DNA of 25,516 bases from a bacterium (GTDB lineage: Bacteria > UBA9089 > CG2-30-40-21). Within the stretch, counting starts at the first letter, position 1. Each line of letters opens with the position of its first letter. Made by a program: the position numbers and the translations under genes. The stretch covers positions 1-25,516 of the forward strand of contig JBDRAP010000154.1 of assembly GCA_043823615.1 (NCBI GenBank), given 5' to 3'. Shown in pieces: positions 1 to 8,047 of this stretch. The notes beneath the pieces were generated by a model. That model saw only the letters and a program-made list of their open reading frames with translations. It was not told the DNA's origin and did not search any database.

Positions 1-95
1 GAGGCAAGCTGGGGATAGTGAGATAACTCAAAGCAAGAATTCTTTCTGCTAACTAATTACGATAATCGCACCTAAATCTTAAACTGGAGGCAAAT

Positions 96-1280
96 ATGGA
101 GGGTAGAGCAAAAAATTTTTTTATTGTATCTGAAAAGGATATTAAGTCAGGCAAGACAACGGATGTGTATCACAAGAAAACCGTGGAGATACTGCAAAAG
201 GCTAAATGCAGCAAACAGGTGCGAGCAGAGGTCCGGGCTTCATCTTTGCCGGAAAACTATTCATGGGCAGTACTCTCAGGCATAGAAGAGGTTATATGCT
301 TGTTTTCAAATCTTAAGGCAAACATTCAGATTTTGCCGGAGGGGACAATCTTCAAAGAAGAGATACCTGTTTTAGAGATAGTTGGAGAGTATACAGAATT
401 TGCTATGTTAGAAACAGCTATTTTAGGGCTGTTATGCCAATCGTCAGGGATTGCAACCAAGGCAGCACGATGTCGAATTGCAGCCGGGAACAAAACCATC
501 CTGAGCCTTGGGGCAAGGCGAATGCATCCAACCATAGCACCCATGATAGACAGGTCAGCATTTATTGGTGGGTGTGATGGTGTATCAACAATAAAGAGTG
601 CTGAAATGCTGCAAGAAAAGCCTCAGGGAACAATGCCTCATTCCTTAATACTCATGATGGGTAGCCCGGAAGAGGCATTCAGGTTGTTCCACGAGACCGA
701 GCCACCAACAATAAAGAGAATTGTCCAGATAGATACCATTGGAGATGAGAAGTTTGAAGCAATTAAGGCAGAACAAACATTAGGCAATGACCTTTTTGCA
801 GTATGGCTTGATACCCCTAATTCAAGACGGGGGGATTTTAAGCGAATTATAGAAGAGGTGAGATGGGAGCTTAATTTAAGGGATTTTAATAATGTAAAGA
901 TCTTTGCAAGTGGTGGGTTGGATGAATACAGTATTCAGAGATTAAGCTCTGTAGTTGATGGATATGGTGTTGGTACGGCATTGAGCAATGCACCAGTAAT
1001 CAATTTCAGCATGGATATTGTTGAGATAGAGGGTATCCCTGTTGCTAAGCGAGGCAAGATGTCTGGTTCAAAGGCTGTGTATCGATGTACCAATTGCTAT
1101 CAAATGAAGGTTGTATCCAGGAAAAATGATCTTCTCCCAAGTTGTTCATGCAATGGAAGATTACAACAATTATTTCTTCCAATTATGAGTGATGGAAGGC
1201 TGGAAAGACAACTCCCCTCCCCGCAAGATATAAGGACTTATGTGTTAAGGCAGTTAGAGAATATGAAGCTGAAATTGTAA
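96..1280 (+). CDS. pncB: Nicotinate phosphoribosyltransferase (short/archaeal-type NAPRTase)
   Basis: 394 aa; TTDVY N-terminal motif, LGARRMHP, GTMPHS (phospho-His), QIDT, WLDTP, FASGGLD, GYGVGT, KRGKMSG; GGAGG SD 6 nt before ATG. Confidence 0.9.
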   Translation: MEGRAKNFFIVSEKDIKSGKTTDVYHKKTVEILQKAKCSKQVRAEVRASSLPENYSWAVLSGIEEVICLFSNLKANIQILPEGTIFKEEIPVLEIVGEYTEFAMLETAILGLLCQSSGIATKAARCRIAAGNKTILSLGARRMHPTIAPMIDRSAFIGGCDGVSTIKSAEMLQEKPQGTMPHSLILMMGSPEEAFRLFHETEPPTIKRIVQIDTIGDEKFEAIKAEQTLGNDLFAVWLDTPNSRRGDFKRIIEEVRWELNLRDFNNVKIFASGGLDEYSIQRLSSVVDGYGVGTALSNAPVINFSMDIVEIEGIPVAKRGKMSGSKAVYRCTNCYQMKVVSRKNDLLPSCSCNGRLQQLFLPIMSDGRLERQLPSPQDIRTYVLRQLENMKLKL

Positions 1281-1287
1281 TTTTGCG

Positions 1288-1430
1288 GTAACTATTCAGG
1301 AGTAAGACATGCAAAAGGCGACCACAAGGGTCGCAGCTACAAGTCTCTACGACTAACTGTAGCTGCAGGGTGACAGAGGTGCTACCTCCTTGTCCCTGCC
1401 TTAGTTATGTTTTATGCCCTGAATAGGTAC
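1288..1430. mobile_element. MITE-like element, family A copy 1 (143 bp)
   Basis: Terminal inverted repeats GTAACTATTCAGG (1288-1300) / CCTGAATAGGTAC (1418-1430), 12/13 match; internal hairpins GCGACC-acaag-GGTCGC (1318-1334) and GCAGCTAC...GTAGCTGC (1333-1366). No target duplication seen. Confidence 0.6.
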
Positions 1431-1475
1431 GAAGCAATAATAGTTGCAAATTTATTAACTATATTCCAAAAATAC

Positions 1476-1504
1476 TTGACTTTTCTCTTTTTATGTGCTA
1501 TATT
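1476..1504 (+). promoter_or_regulatory. Sigma70-type promoter for the MNT-HEPN gene
   Basis: TTGACT (1476-1481), 17-nt spacer, extended -10 TGcTATATT (1496-1504). Confidence 0.65.
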
Positions 1505-1551
1505 AAAGTAGAAAAGTAAGATTTTTACATCTCTACCTTGGGAAATACAAA

Positions 1552-2421
1552 ATGAAAATTACTCTCGAAGAATGCAAACAAGCCATCATAGAATATTCTT
1601 CAAAAGATCCGCAAGTAATCGCTTCTTATTTGTTTGGTTCTATCCTCACAGATATAGCAGTAGCAGAGGATGTAGATGTTGCTTTTTTACTGCAGGGTGA
1701 GGATTCGGTAAACGGCTTTCAATACTCCATAAAAATAGATGCAGGTCTTTGTCAGTTAACAGGAAAGGATCATTTTGATGTAGTTATTCTGAATAATGCC
1801 CCAGCAGCATTTCGATATGATATTATCACCAAGGGACAACTTATTTTTTGTTGTGATGAAAAGCAAAGGCAGGAGTTTGAATCCGTGGTTTGTCGGGAAT
1901 ATTCAGGGTTTAAGCATTATTTGGAATATTATGATGAGTATCTTCAAAAAAGAATAAACAAAGGCAAACAGAAGGCTGTGTTTAATCGGGAAATAGTGTT
2001 TCAAAGGGTTAATCGAGCCGAGATGTCTTTGAAAAAATTATCTCAATTCAAGGAAATTTCAGAAGCAAACTTTATTGTTAATTCTCATAATATTGCACTG
2101 ACAGAACATTACCTGAGGGTAGGGGTTGATTCTCTTGTTGATCTGTCAAACCATATTATTGCGGTTCAGGGGCTTGGCAGACCAGGGAGTAGTCGGGAGA
2201 TAGGAAATATTTTAGGTCAGGCAAATATTATCCCCATGGATTTTATCAAGAAATGCGTAGAATTAATTAAACTTCGGGATAGATTAACCCATCTTTACTG
2301 GGAGGTAGAACCATCAGAGGTTTTTGAGGTACTCCAGCAAGAACTTGCAAATATTACCACCTTTCTAAATTATCTGCTTCAGTATGTGGAAAATCAATCC
2401 GATGATCGTGCAGACCAATAG
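1552..2421 (+). CDS. Fused minimal nucleotidyltransferase (MntA-like) + DUF86/HepT-like HEPN ribonuclease
   Basis: aa 1-135: YLFGS-x9-DVD, third Asp in FDVVILNNAP, REYSGF tail. aa 143-289: HEPN helices with RDRLTHLYW (R-x4-H-x-Y). No stop between the two halves. Confidence 0.85.
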   Translation: MKITLEECKQAIIEYSSKDPQVIASYLFGSILTDIAVAEDVDVAFLLQGEDSVNGFQYSIKIDAGLCQLTGKDHFDVVILNNAPAAFRYDIITKGQLIFCCDEKQRQEFESVVCREYSGFKHYLEYYDEYLQKRINKGKQKAVFNREIVFQRVNRAEMSLKKLSQFKEISEANFIVNSHNIALTEHYLRVGVDSLVDLSNHIIAVQGLGRPGSSREIGNILGQANIIPMDFIKKCVELIKLRDRLTHLYWEVEPSEVFEVLQQELANITTFLNYLLQYVENQSDDRADQ

Positions 2422-2482
2422 TGATTGTCTACACATTCCTCATCTCTGCTGAATTATAAGCACTACTCTACAGAAGATGTAC

Positions 2483-2986
2483 TTAAGATTGAGGTAGTAA
2501 CAATTCTATTGCCTCAATCAACAATTCTCCTTTCGATAGCAGATAGGTTTTGCACCCAGCTTTTTCCCCTGCATCTATATCCTTTTGTTCATCTCCAATC
2601 ATCCATGAGTTTTTTATGTCTATATTGAAATCCATTAATGCTTGCTTAAATAGCCCATCCATAGGCTTTCTGCAATCACATCCATTGTCCGGGGAATGAG
2701 GGCAATAATAAATGGCATCTATGAGTACACCATCCTTTTTTAGTTCAGCAAGCATCTGTTCATGAACCATGGACAAATCTTCTGCTGACATTATACCCCT
2801 GCCAATTCCTGATTGATTGGTAATAATGATGACCAATAATCCCTTTTGCTTGATCTTTTTTATGGCATCTATTGCCCCTGGGAGAAAGATAAACTCATCG
2901 TATGATTTTACATAATCACCCTCTAATTTTTTATTAATCACCCCATCCCTGTCAAGGAACACAACCCGTTTCTGCTCCCTACTCAT
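2483..2986 (-). CDS. gmhB: HAD-IIIA phosphatase, D,D-heptose 1,7-bisphosphate phosphatase (GmhB) family
   Basis: VFLDRDGVIN, ITNQSGIGRG, Zn-site CPHSPDNGCDCRKP, MIGD..KD; ATGA overlap with the rtcB stop. Exact substrate not provable. Confidence 0.8.
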   Translation of the reverse strand: MSREQKRVVFLDRDGVINKKLEGDYVKSYDEFIFLPGAIDAIKKIKQKGLLVIIITNQSGIGRGIMSAEDLSMVHEQMLAELKKDGVLIDAIYYCPHSPDNGCDCRKPMDGLFKQALMDFNIDIKNSWMIGDEQKDIDAGEKAGCKTYLLSKGELLIEAIELLLPQS

Positions 2987-4446
2987 CCCTTCACCACTCC
3001 TAATGGTCTCATCTTTGCCACCCTTCTGGCAATACCAGCCTGATGGAGGATATTAACCACAACATTGACATCCTTGTATGCCTCAGGCATCTCTTCTGCC
3101 AGGGTTTCTTTGCCAGAGGATCGTACAATAATGCCCTGATCTGCAAGCTCTCTGGCAATAGATCTGCCCTTTGCCTCTTTTGTTGCCCGGGTTCTTGACA
3201 TTATTCTGCCGGCTCCATGACAGGCTGTGCCAAAGGCTTCATCCATGCCAAGCTGTGTGCCAACAAGAACATAAGATGCCCTGCCCATATCGCCCGGAAC
3301 AATTACAGGCTGCCCCACATCCTTGTACTTTTCAGGAATATCAGGGTGTTTTGCTGGAAATGCACGGGTTGCTCCCTTGCGATGGACACAGAGATTTACC
3401 TGCCTACCATTTACAATATGTTTTTCTATTTTAGCAATATTGTGAGCAACATCATAAACCAATTGCATCCCAATTTCTCTCTCGCTAATCTTAAGAATCC
3501 GTTCAAACACGCCCCTTGTCAGGTGCATAATACACTGTCGATTTGCCCAGGCATAATTAGCTGCACATGCCATTGCCCCAAGGTATCCCTTGCCTTCCGG
3601 GCTATCTACCGGGGCACATGCCAACTGTCTGTCTGGCAGATAGATACCATACTTACGACTGGCATCACCCATGGAGCGAAGATAATCCTCACAGACCTGA
3701 TACCCAAGCCCACGCGATCCAGTATGGATCATGACTACAATCTGTTGCTCTTTTAATCCAAATACATTAGCTGTTTCTGGATCAAATACCTCATCTACTA
3801 CCTGAATCTCCAAAAAATGATTACCAGAACCAAGTGTACCGAGTTGATTATGTCCTCGTTCCAATGCCCTTTGGCTTACCTGTTCAGGGTTTGCAAATGA
3901 TAATTGTCCATGCTCCTCTGTATACAGTACATCTTCAGGAATGCCGTAACCATGATTCACTGCCCACTGAGTACCAGTATGCAAAACACCTGCTGTATCC
4001 TTTGGTGAGAGCTTAATTAAACCGTGAGAGCCTACACCTGAGGGGATATTGCGGAATAATCCATCAACAAGGGCTGGCAGTTTGTCTTTAATATCAAATA
4101 ATGTCAGGTTTGTCCGTAGCAGTCTGACCCCGCAATTTATATCACTTCCTACCCCGCCCGGAGAGATGACACCACCCCTGTCAATCTCTGTTGCCCCTAC
4201 CCCGCCTATGGAAAAGCCATAACCCCAATGAATATCAGGCATGGCTATGGAATATTTAAGGATACCTGGAAGACAGGCAACATTGGCTACTTGAATAGGG
4301 GTGCTATCATTCTTGATATGCTCCATCATCTCAAGATTGGCATAGATAAGACCAGGAACCCTCATCTGATTCATGTAGCTTGTGGGTATCCTGAATCGAT
4401 AATCATCAATTTGTTCTATTGGTCCTTGCCATGGATTATTATTCAT
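2983..4446 (-). CDS. rtcB: RNA 2',3'-cyclic phosphate/3'-phosphate--5'-OH ligase RtcB (long, archaeal-like type)
   Basis: PDIHWGYGF, GSDINCGVRL, GTLGSGNHFLE, HTGSRGLG, DVAHN, HRKGATRA, CHGAGR (His-GMP), EEMPEAYKD; AGGAG SD. Confidence 0.97.
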   Translation of the reverse strand: MNNNPWQGPIEQIDDYRFRIPTSYMNQMRVPGLIYANLEMMEHIKNDSTPIQVANVACLPGILKYSIAMPDIHWGYGFSIGGVGATEIDRGGVISPGGVGSDINCGVRLLRTNLTLFDIKDKLPALVDGLFRNIPSGVGSHGLIKLSPKDTAGVLHTGTQWAVNHGYGIPEDVLYTEEHGQLSFANPEQVSQRALERGHNQLGTLGSGNHFLEIQVVDEVFDPETANVFGLKEQQIVVMIHTGSRGLGYQVCEDYLRSMGDASRKYGIYLPDRQLACAPVDSPEGKGYLGAMACAANYAWANRQCIMHLTRGVFERILKISEREIGMQLVYDVAHNIAKIEKHIVNGRQVNLCVHRKGATRAFPAKHPDIPEKYKDVGQPVIVPGDMGRASYVLVGTQLGMDEAFGTACHGAGRIMSRTRATKEAKGRSIARELADQGIIVRSSGKETLAEEMPEAYKDVNVVVNILHQAGIARRVAKMRPLGVVKG

Positions 4447-4473
4447 TATAACTCCTGCCCTCTGTCTCTTTAT

Positions 4474-4920
4474 TCATACATCAAATATCACCCGGATTTC
4501 CCATCCACATCCGGTATCCTCAATACTCAACTGATGATAGGTTACAGTCTTTATTTCTTGCAGTAATTGATGTTTGCCTGAGGTATATTTTTCGCCGTAA
4601 GCCTTTGCCTTGACAAGGGTTGATGTTAACTCCAATATGATAACTCTATCAAATAGCATCTTTTTTGCAGAACAATGATATAATAGCTCGCTCAGGAAAT
4701 TTACAAGCAACTCATCCTGATTATATCCGGTTACTTCAATATCAATAGATTTTTTAGGGGTGATATTATCTGGGTTTGCAAGAATGGTAAACATTCCGCA
4801 GGCAATATTAGCAAATGCCTCTTCCCTTGTGTTTCCATAGGCTATTACACCAATATCTGCAGTATGTTCAAAAAAATCAAACCTCTTCGGAATGGGCGTA
4901 GTATCCAGAGTATTGTCCAT
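4474..4920 (-). CDS. Archease (RtcB activator); start uncertain (ATG 4920, 4926, 4938 or ATT 4893)
   Basis: RFDFFEHTADIG, ELLVNFLSELLY, EIKTVTYH, RVIFDV C-terminus; directly upstream of rtcB. The track start at 4980 is probably too far upstream. Confidence 0.88.
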   Translation of the reverse strand: MDNTLDTTPIPKRFDFFEHTADIGVIAYGNTREEAFANIACGMFTILANPDNITPKKSIDIEVTGYNQDELLVNFLSELLYHCSAKKMLFDRVIILELTSTLVKAKAYGEKYTSGKHQLLQEIKTVTYHQLSIEDTGCGWEIRVIFDV

Positions 4921-5710
4921 AACCATAATGGTATCCATAATTGGAGAGATAACCCGGAACAAAGTGTTCAACACCGACAAGAATATATCCTATGACATTG
5001 GCATGAACATTTGACAAAAGTGACCTTGTTCTGGCAAGAGCCTCCCGTTGGGTTCTCCATGCCTGAACAATAATGACAATACCATCAACCAATGATCCCA
5101 ATATTCCTGTATCAGTGATAGCAAGTACCGGGGGTGTATCTACAATAACATAATCAAAACGATTTTTAAGTTCAGCCAGCATTTCTCTCATGCGATGAGA
5201 GCCCAAAAGCTCTGCTGGATTAGACGGTATCCTGCCTGCTGTAAGCACAGTTAGATTTTCTACCCTGGTTTTCTTAAAAACAGCATCTAATTCTACCCCT
5301 CTCATGAGGACATCTGACATTCCCCCATCCATTCTTAATCCTAACAGCTTATGGATATTTGGTTTTCTCATGTCACAGTCTACCAGAAGAATGTTTTTAT
5401 GTAGATCCTGTGCCAAGGCAATAGCCAGATTAGCAGCTGTAGTTGATTTACCCTCATGATGAATAGAGCTTGATACTGCAATAAGTCGCGGAGGATGTTC
5501 AGGGTTTACCCGTTGAAGATTGGTTCTTATGATTCGATATTGTTCAGAAATTGGGGTTTTGGGACTATGATAAGTTACAATTCGGGCATCTATTCCTGAA
5601 TCATCTTTAGGGTAAGCAACAGCTGTGGCTGAAAAGTTATTTGATACAGACTGTTCCTTTACTTTAGGTGTCTTTTTTTCTCTTATGGTTGCAAGTAATT
5701 TTTCTGACAA
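4877..5710 (-). CDS. Stand-alone bacterial tyrosine kinase (CpsD/CapB, BY-kinase)
   Basis: SEQYRIIRTNL, Walker A SSIHHEGKS, A' LLVDCDMRKP, Walker B VIVDTPPV, C-terminal Tyr cluster (YLSNYGYHYGYGQYSGYY); TTG start 7 nt after GGAGG. Confidence 0.93.
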   Translation of the reverse strand: MSEKLLATIREKKTPKVKEQSVSNNFSATAVAYPKDDSGIDARIVTYHSPKTPISEQYRIIRTNLQRVNPEHPPRLIAVSSSIHHEGKSTTAANLAIALAQDLHKNILLVDCDMRKPNIHKLLGLRMDGGMSDVLMRGVELDAVFKKTRVENLTVLTAGRIPSNPAELLGSHRMREMLAELKNRFDYVIVDTPPVLAITDTGILGSLVDGIVIIVQAWRTQREALARTRSLLSNVHANVIGYILVGVEHFVPGYLSNYGYHYGYGQYSGYYAHSEEV

Positions 5711-5810
5711 TTGTCTTCCTCCGGTATGGATATGTATTCAGATAGAACAAGAGAGGAGGTTTTCTCTGGCACATGCTCCCTTATTACATTTTCTTCCCTG
5801 ACACGAATAC

Positions 5811-6503
5811 TTACTTCGTACCCTTGCTGCTACCATTTCCAAACATGCTACCCAACAAATTCTCTAAAGAGAGATATTGAATAAAAGGAGAACTAATCCG
5901 TCCCAAGGTATCAGTTATCCGGGGTATTAAAGCCATCGGAACATAAACAACATCCCCTGAATCTAATTTTACATCCTTTTCCATCTCACCCTTATAAAGG
6001 ATCTTATAAAGGTTTATTATTTTGGTAACAGGCTGTGGTTTTCCAGGGGTAATAACCTTTACTCTTTTCAGGTCAGCATCCTTTGTTGGCAGACCAGCCT
6101 TTAATACAGCCTCCCGAATGGTAATGTATTCACCACCAATCGAATATTTTCCGGGCTGTATTACTTGTCCTAAGATATAAACTTTTTTACTGAAATATCC
6201 AAGTATGGTGATGGTAATCTTTGGATCTTCAATGTATTTGCCAAGTTTTTCATATAATATTTTTTCTAATTCAGTTGTGGTTAATCCCTCAACCCTTATT
6301 TCACCGAGTATAGACATGGTGAAATTGCCTGCAGGGTCAACCTTGAATTCACCACTTATCTCAGGATTATCCCAGACAACAATCCTGATTATATCCTCAG
6401 GGCCAAGAAGATATGAGGATCCCTCCTGTGCAAAGCTAATATTGCTCAATCCAAGAGAGAAAAAAAGCAAACCAAGAATAATAATCATCTTTTGCAGCTT
6501 CAT
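5811..6503 (-). CDS. Polysaccharide export protein (Wza/Poly_export + SLBB)
   Basis: Signal peptide (no lipobox), YLLGPEDIIRIVVW..PEISG.F.VDP.G, SLBB KVYILGQVIQPGKY; AAAGGGG SD. Confidence 0.85.
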   Translation of the reverse strand: MKLQKMIIILGLLFFSLGLSNISFAQEGSSYLLGPEDIIRIVVWDNPEISGEFKVDPAGNFTMSILGEIRVEGLTTTELEKILYEKLGKYIEDPKITITILGYFSKKVYILGQVIQPGKYSIGGEYITIREAVLKAGLPTKDADLKRVKVITPGKPQPVTKIINLYKILYKGEMEKDVKLDSGDVVYVPMALIPRITDTLGRISSPFIQYLSLENLLGSMFGNGSSKGTK

Positions 6504-6532
6504 CAGATTCCCCTTTAATTTCGTATGTAATT

Positions 6533-6561
6533 ATAATACCATAAATTTTTTGATTTGTCAA
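6533..6561 (-). promoter_or_regulatory. Sigma70-type promoter for the wza-kinase-archease-rtcB-gmhB run
   Basis: Minus strand TTGACA (6561-6556), 17 nt, TGg-TATTAT (6538-6533). Confidence 0.65.
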
Positions 6562-6566
6562 TAGAA

Positions 6567-6797
6567 TTCGAGCTGTGCAATTAGAAACAGAGAATATATC
6601 CGCAGATTTCGCAGATTATCGCAGATTAAAAGAAATTGCAGATAAATTCGACAACTAATGACGGAAAAACTTGTAGAGACGCAAAATTTTGCGTCTCTAC
6701 AACTACTACATGCCAATAGATTTTTCGTTCTCTTTTTTTCTGATAATCTGTGAAATCTGCGTAATCTGCGGATTAAATCTTAATTGCACAGCTCGAA
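6567..6797. mobile_element. MITE-like nested palindrome, family B copy 1 (231 bp)
   Basis: Perfect 17-bp TIR TTCGAGCTGTGCAATTA / TAATTGCACAGCTCGAA; CGCAGATT/AATCTGCG arms; central perfect 32-nt palindrome 6671-6702; second copy at 22231-22450. Confidence 0.85.
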
Positions 6798-6802
6798 ATA
6801 TA

Positions 6803-6831
6803 TTGACAAAGGACAAATATTATGATATAAC
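6803..6831 (+). promoter_or_regulatory. Sigma70-type promoter for etfA-purF
   Basis: TTGACA (6803-6808), 17 nt, extended -10 TGa-TATAAC (6823-6831). Confidence 0.7.
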
Positions 6832-6862
6832 TGTAGCAACATTAACAAGAAGGGGTGATGAG

Positions 6863-8044
6863 ATGGGGATTTTTGTATCAAAGGAGAAATGTATTGGATG
6901 TGAGGCTTGTATTTCATCCTGTCCGTTTGGGATAATCCAGATGGAAGATAATGTTGCTATGATTGGAGAAGGGTGTAACCTGTGTAGCAGCTGTGTTAAT
7001 GCTTGCCCGACAGAAGCAATTATTATTGAAAGGGAAACATCTGATAAAAAGATGGCAGGATATAAAGGGGTATGGGTGTTTGCTGAACATCGTGATAATA
7101 AATTAATGTCAGTAACATATGAACTCATCTCTGCTGGAAGGGTATTGGCAGATAAGCTCAATCAAAAATTAAGTGTAGTATTGATAGGCAAGGATGTTTC
7201 AGAATTTGCTAAAGGCTTGATTGGTTATGGCACAGATGAGATTTATCTTGCAGAAGATCCATTACTTGAATCTTATTCGGATGATGGCTATACAAGGGTT
7301 ATGGTTGACCTGATAAGAGAGTATAAACCAGAAATTCTCCTGATAGGGGCAACAATTATTGGCAGATCCCTGTCTCCAAGGGTTGCTGCCCGACTTCAAA
7401 CAGGCTTAACCGCAGATTGTACTGGATTGGACATAGACGAAAATGGCAATCTGCTTCAGACAAGACCAGCATTTGGTGGGAATATCATGGCAACCATTAT
7501 TTCCCCAAATACCCGTCCACAAATGGCTACTGTGCGACCAAAGGTAATGAAAAAGGCTGAATTTAATTCATCCAGAACCGGAACAATAATCCCTGCAATA
7601 GTTAATCTTTCTTCCGGAGATATTCACACTAAGATATTGCAAGTAATTAAGGAAACAAAGGAAAGGGTAAATCTTGATGAGGCAGAGATAATTGTATCCG
7701 GTGGCAGAGGGTTGCAAACGGGAGAAAATTTTAGGCTGATCAGAGAATTGGCTGCTACCTTGAATGGAACGGTTGGTGCCTCTCGTGCAGCAGTGGATGC
7801 AGGATGGATATCCCATCATCATCAGGTTGGACAAACGGGTAAAACAGTCTGTCCCAAGCTTTATATTGCCTGTGGCATATCAGGGGCAATTCAACACTTA
7901 GCAGGTATGCAGTCAAGTGATTGTATTGTAGCTATCAATAAAGATCCTGACGCTCCAGTTTTTAATGTAGCAACATATGGAATAGTTGGGGACATCTTCG
8001 AGATTGTACCTAAGTTAATCTCAAGATTAAGTGAGACGGTGTAA
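6863..8044 (+). CDS. etfA: Electron transfer flavoprotein alpha subunit with N-terminal 2x[4Fe-4S] ferredoxin domain
   Basis: CIGCEACISSCP and CNLCSSCVNACP; GVWVFAE, GLTADCT, RPAFGGN, VSGGRG, GASRAAVD, QVGQTGK, GISGAIQH. Start moved to ATG 6863 (AGGGGTG SD); the track start at 6689 lies inside the MITE. Confidence 0.93.
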   Translation: MGIFVSKEKCIGCEACISSCPFGIIQMEDNVAMIGEGCNLCSSCVNACPTEAIIIERETSDKKMAGYKGVWVFAEHRDNKLMSVTYELISAGRVLADKLNQKLSVVLIGKDVSEFAKGLIGYGTDEIYLAEDPLLESYSDDGYTRVMVDLIREYKPEILLIGATIIGRSLSPRVAARLQTGLTADCTGLDIDENGNLLQTRPAFGGNIMATIISPNTRPQMATVRPKVMKKAEFNSSRTGTIIPAIVNLSSGDIHTKILQVIKETKERVNLDEAEIIVSGGRGLQTGENFRLIRELAATLNGTVGASRAAVDAGWISHHHQVGQTGKTVCPKLYIACGISGAIQHLAGMQSSDCIVAINKDPDAPVFNVATYGIVGDIFEIVPKLISRLSETV

Positions 8045-8047
8045 CCT

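Noticed and set aside
2983-4446. Intein or intron in rtcB
   Set aside because: Length 487 aa and continuous motif order leave no room for one.
3171-4566. Several plus-strand ORFs opposite rtcB
   Set aside because: Antisense shadows of a highly conserved gene with no motifs.
4921-4980. Long N-terminal extension of archease from TTG 4980
   Set aside because: Deep inside the kinase coding region, no SD, no archease-like sequence.
5751-5780. Possible degenerate copy of the purF micro-insert between wza and the kinase
   Set aside because: Only two short blocks match (TGCCAGAGA, CTCCTCTC); could be chance.
6600-6773. CRISPR array or integron attC reading of the repeated motifs
   Set aside because: No regular repeat-spacer periodicity, no cas or integrase gene, and no RYYYAAC/GTTRRRY boxes bounding the hairpins.
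6689-6862. 58-aa N-terminal extension of EtfA in the ORF track
   Set aside because: Starts inside the MITE and runs through the promoter; the SD and ferredoxin domain support ATG 6863.
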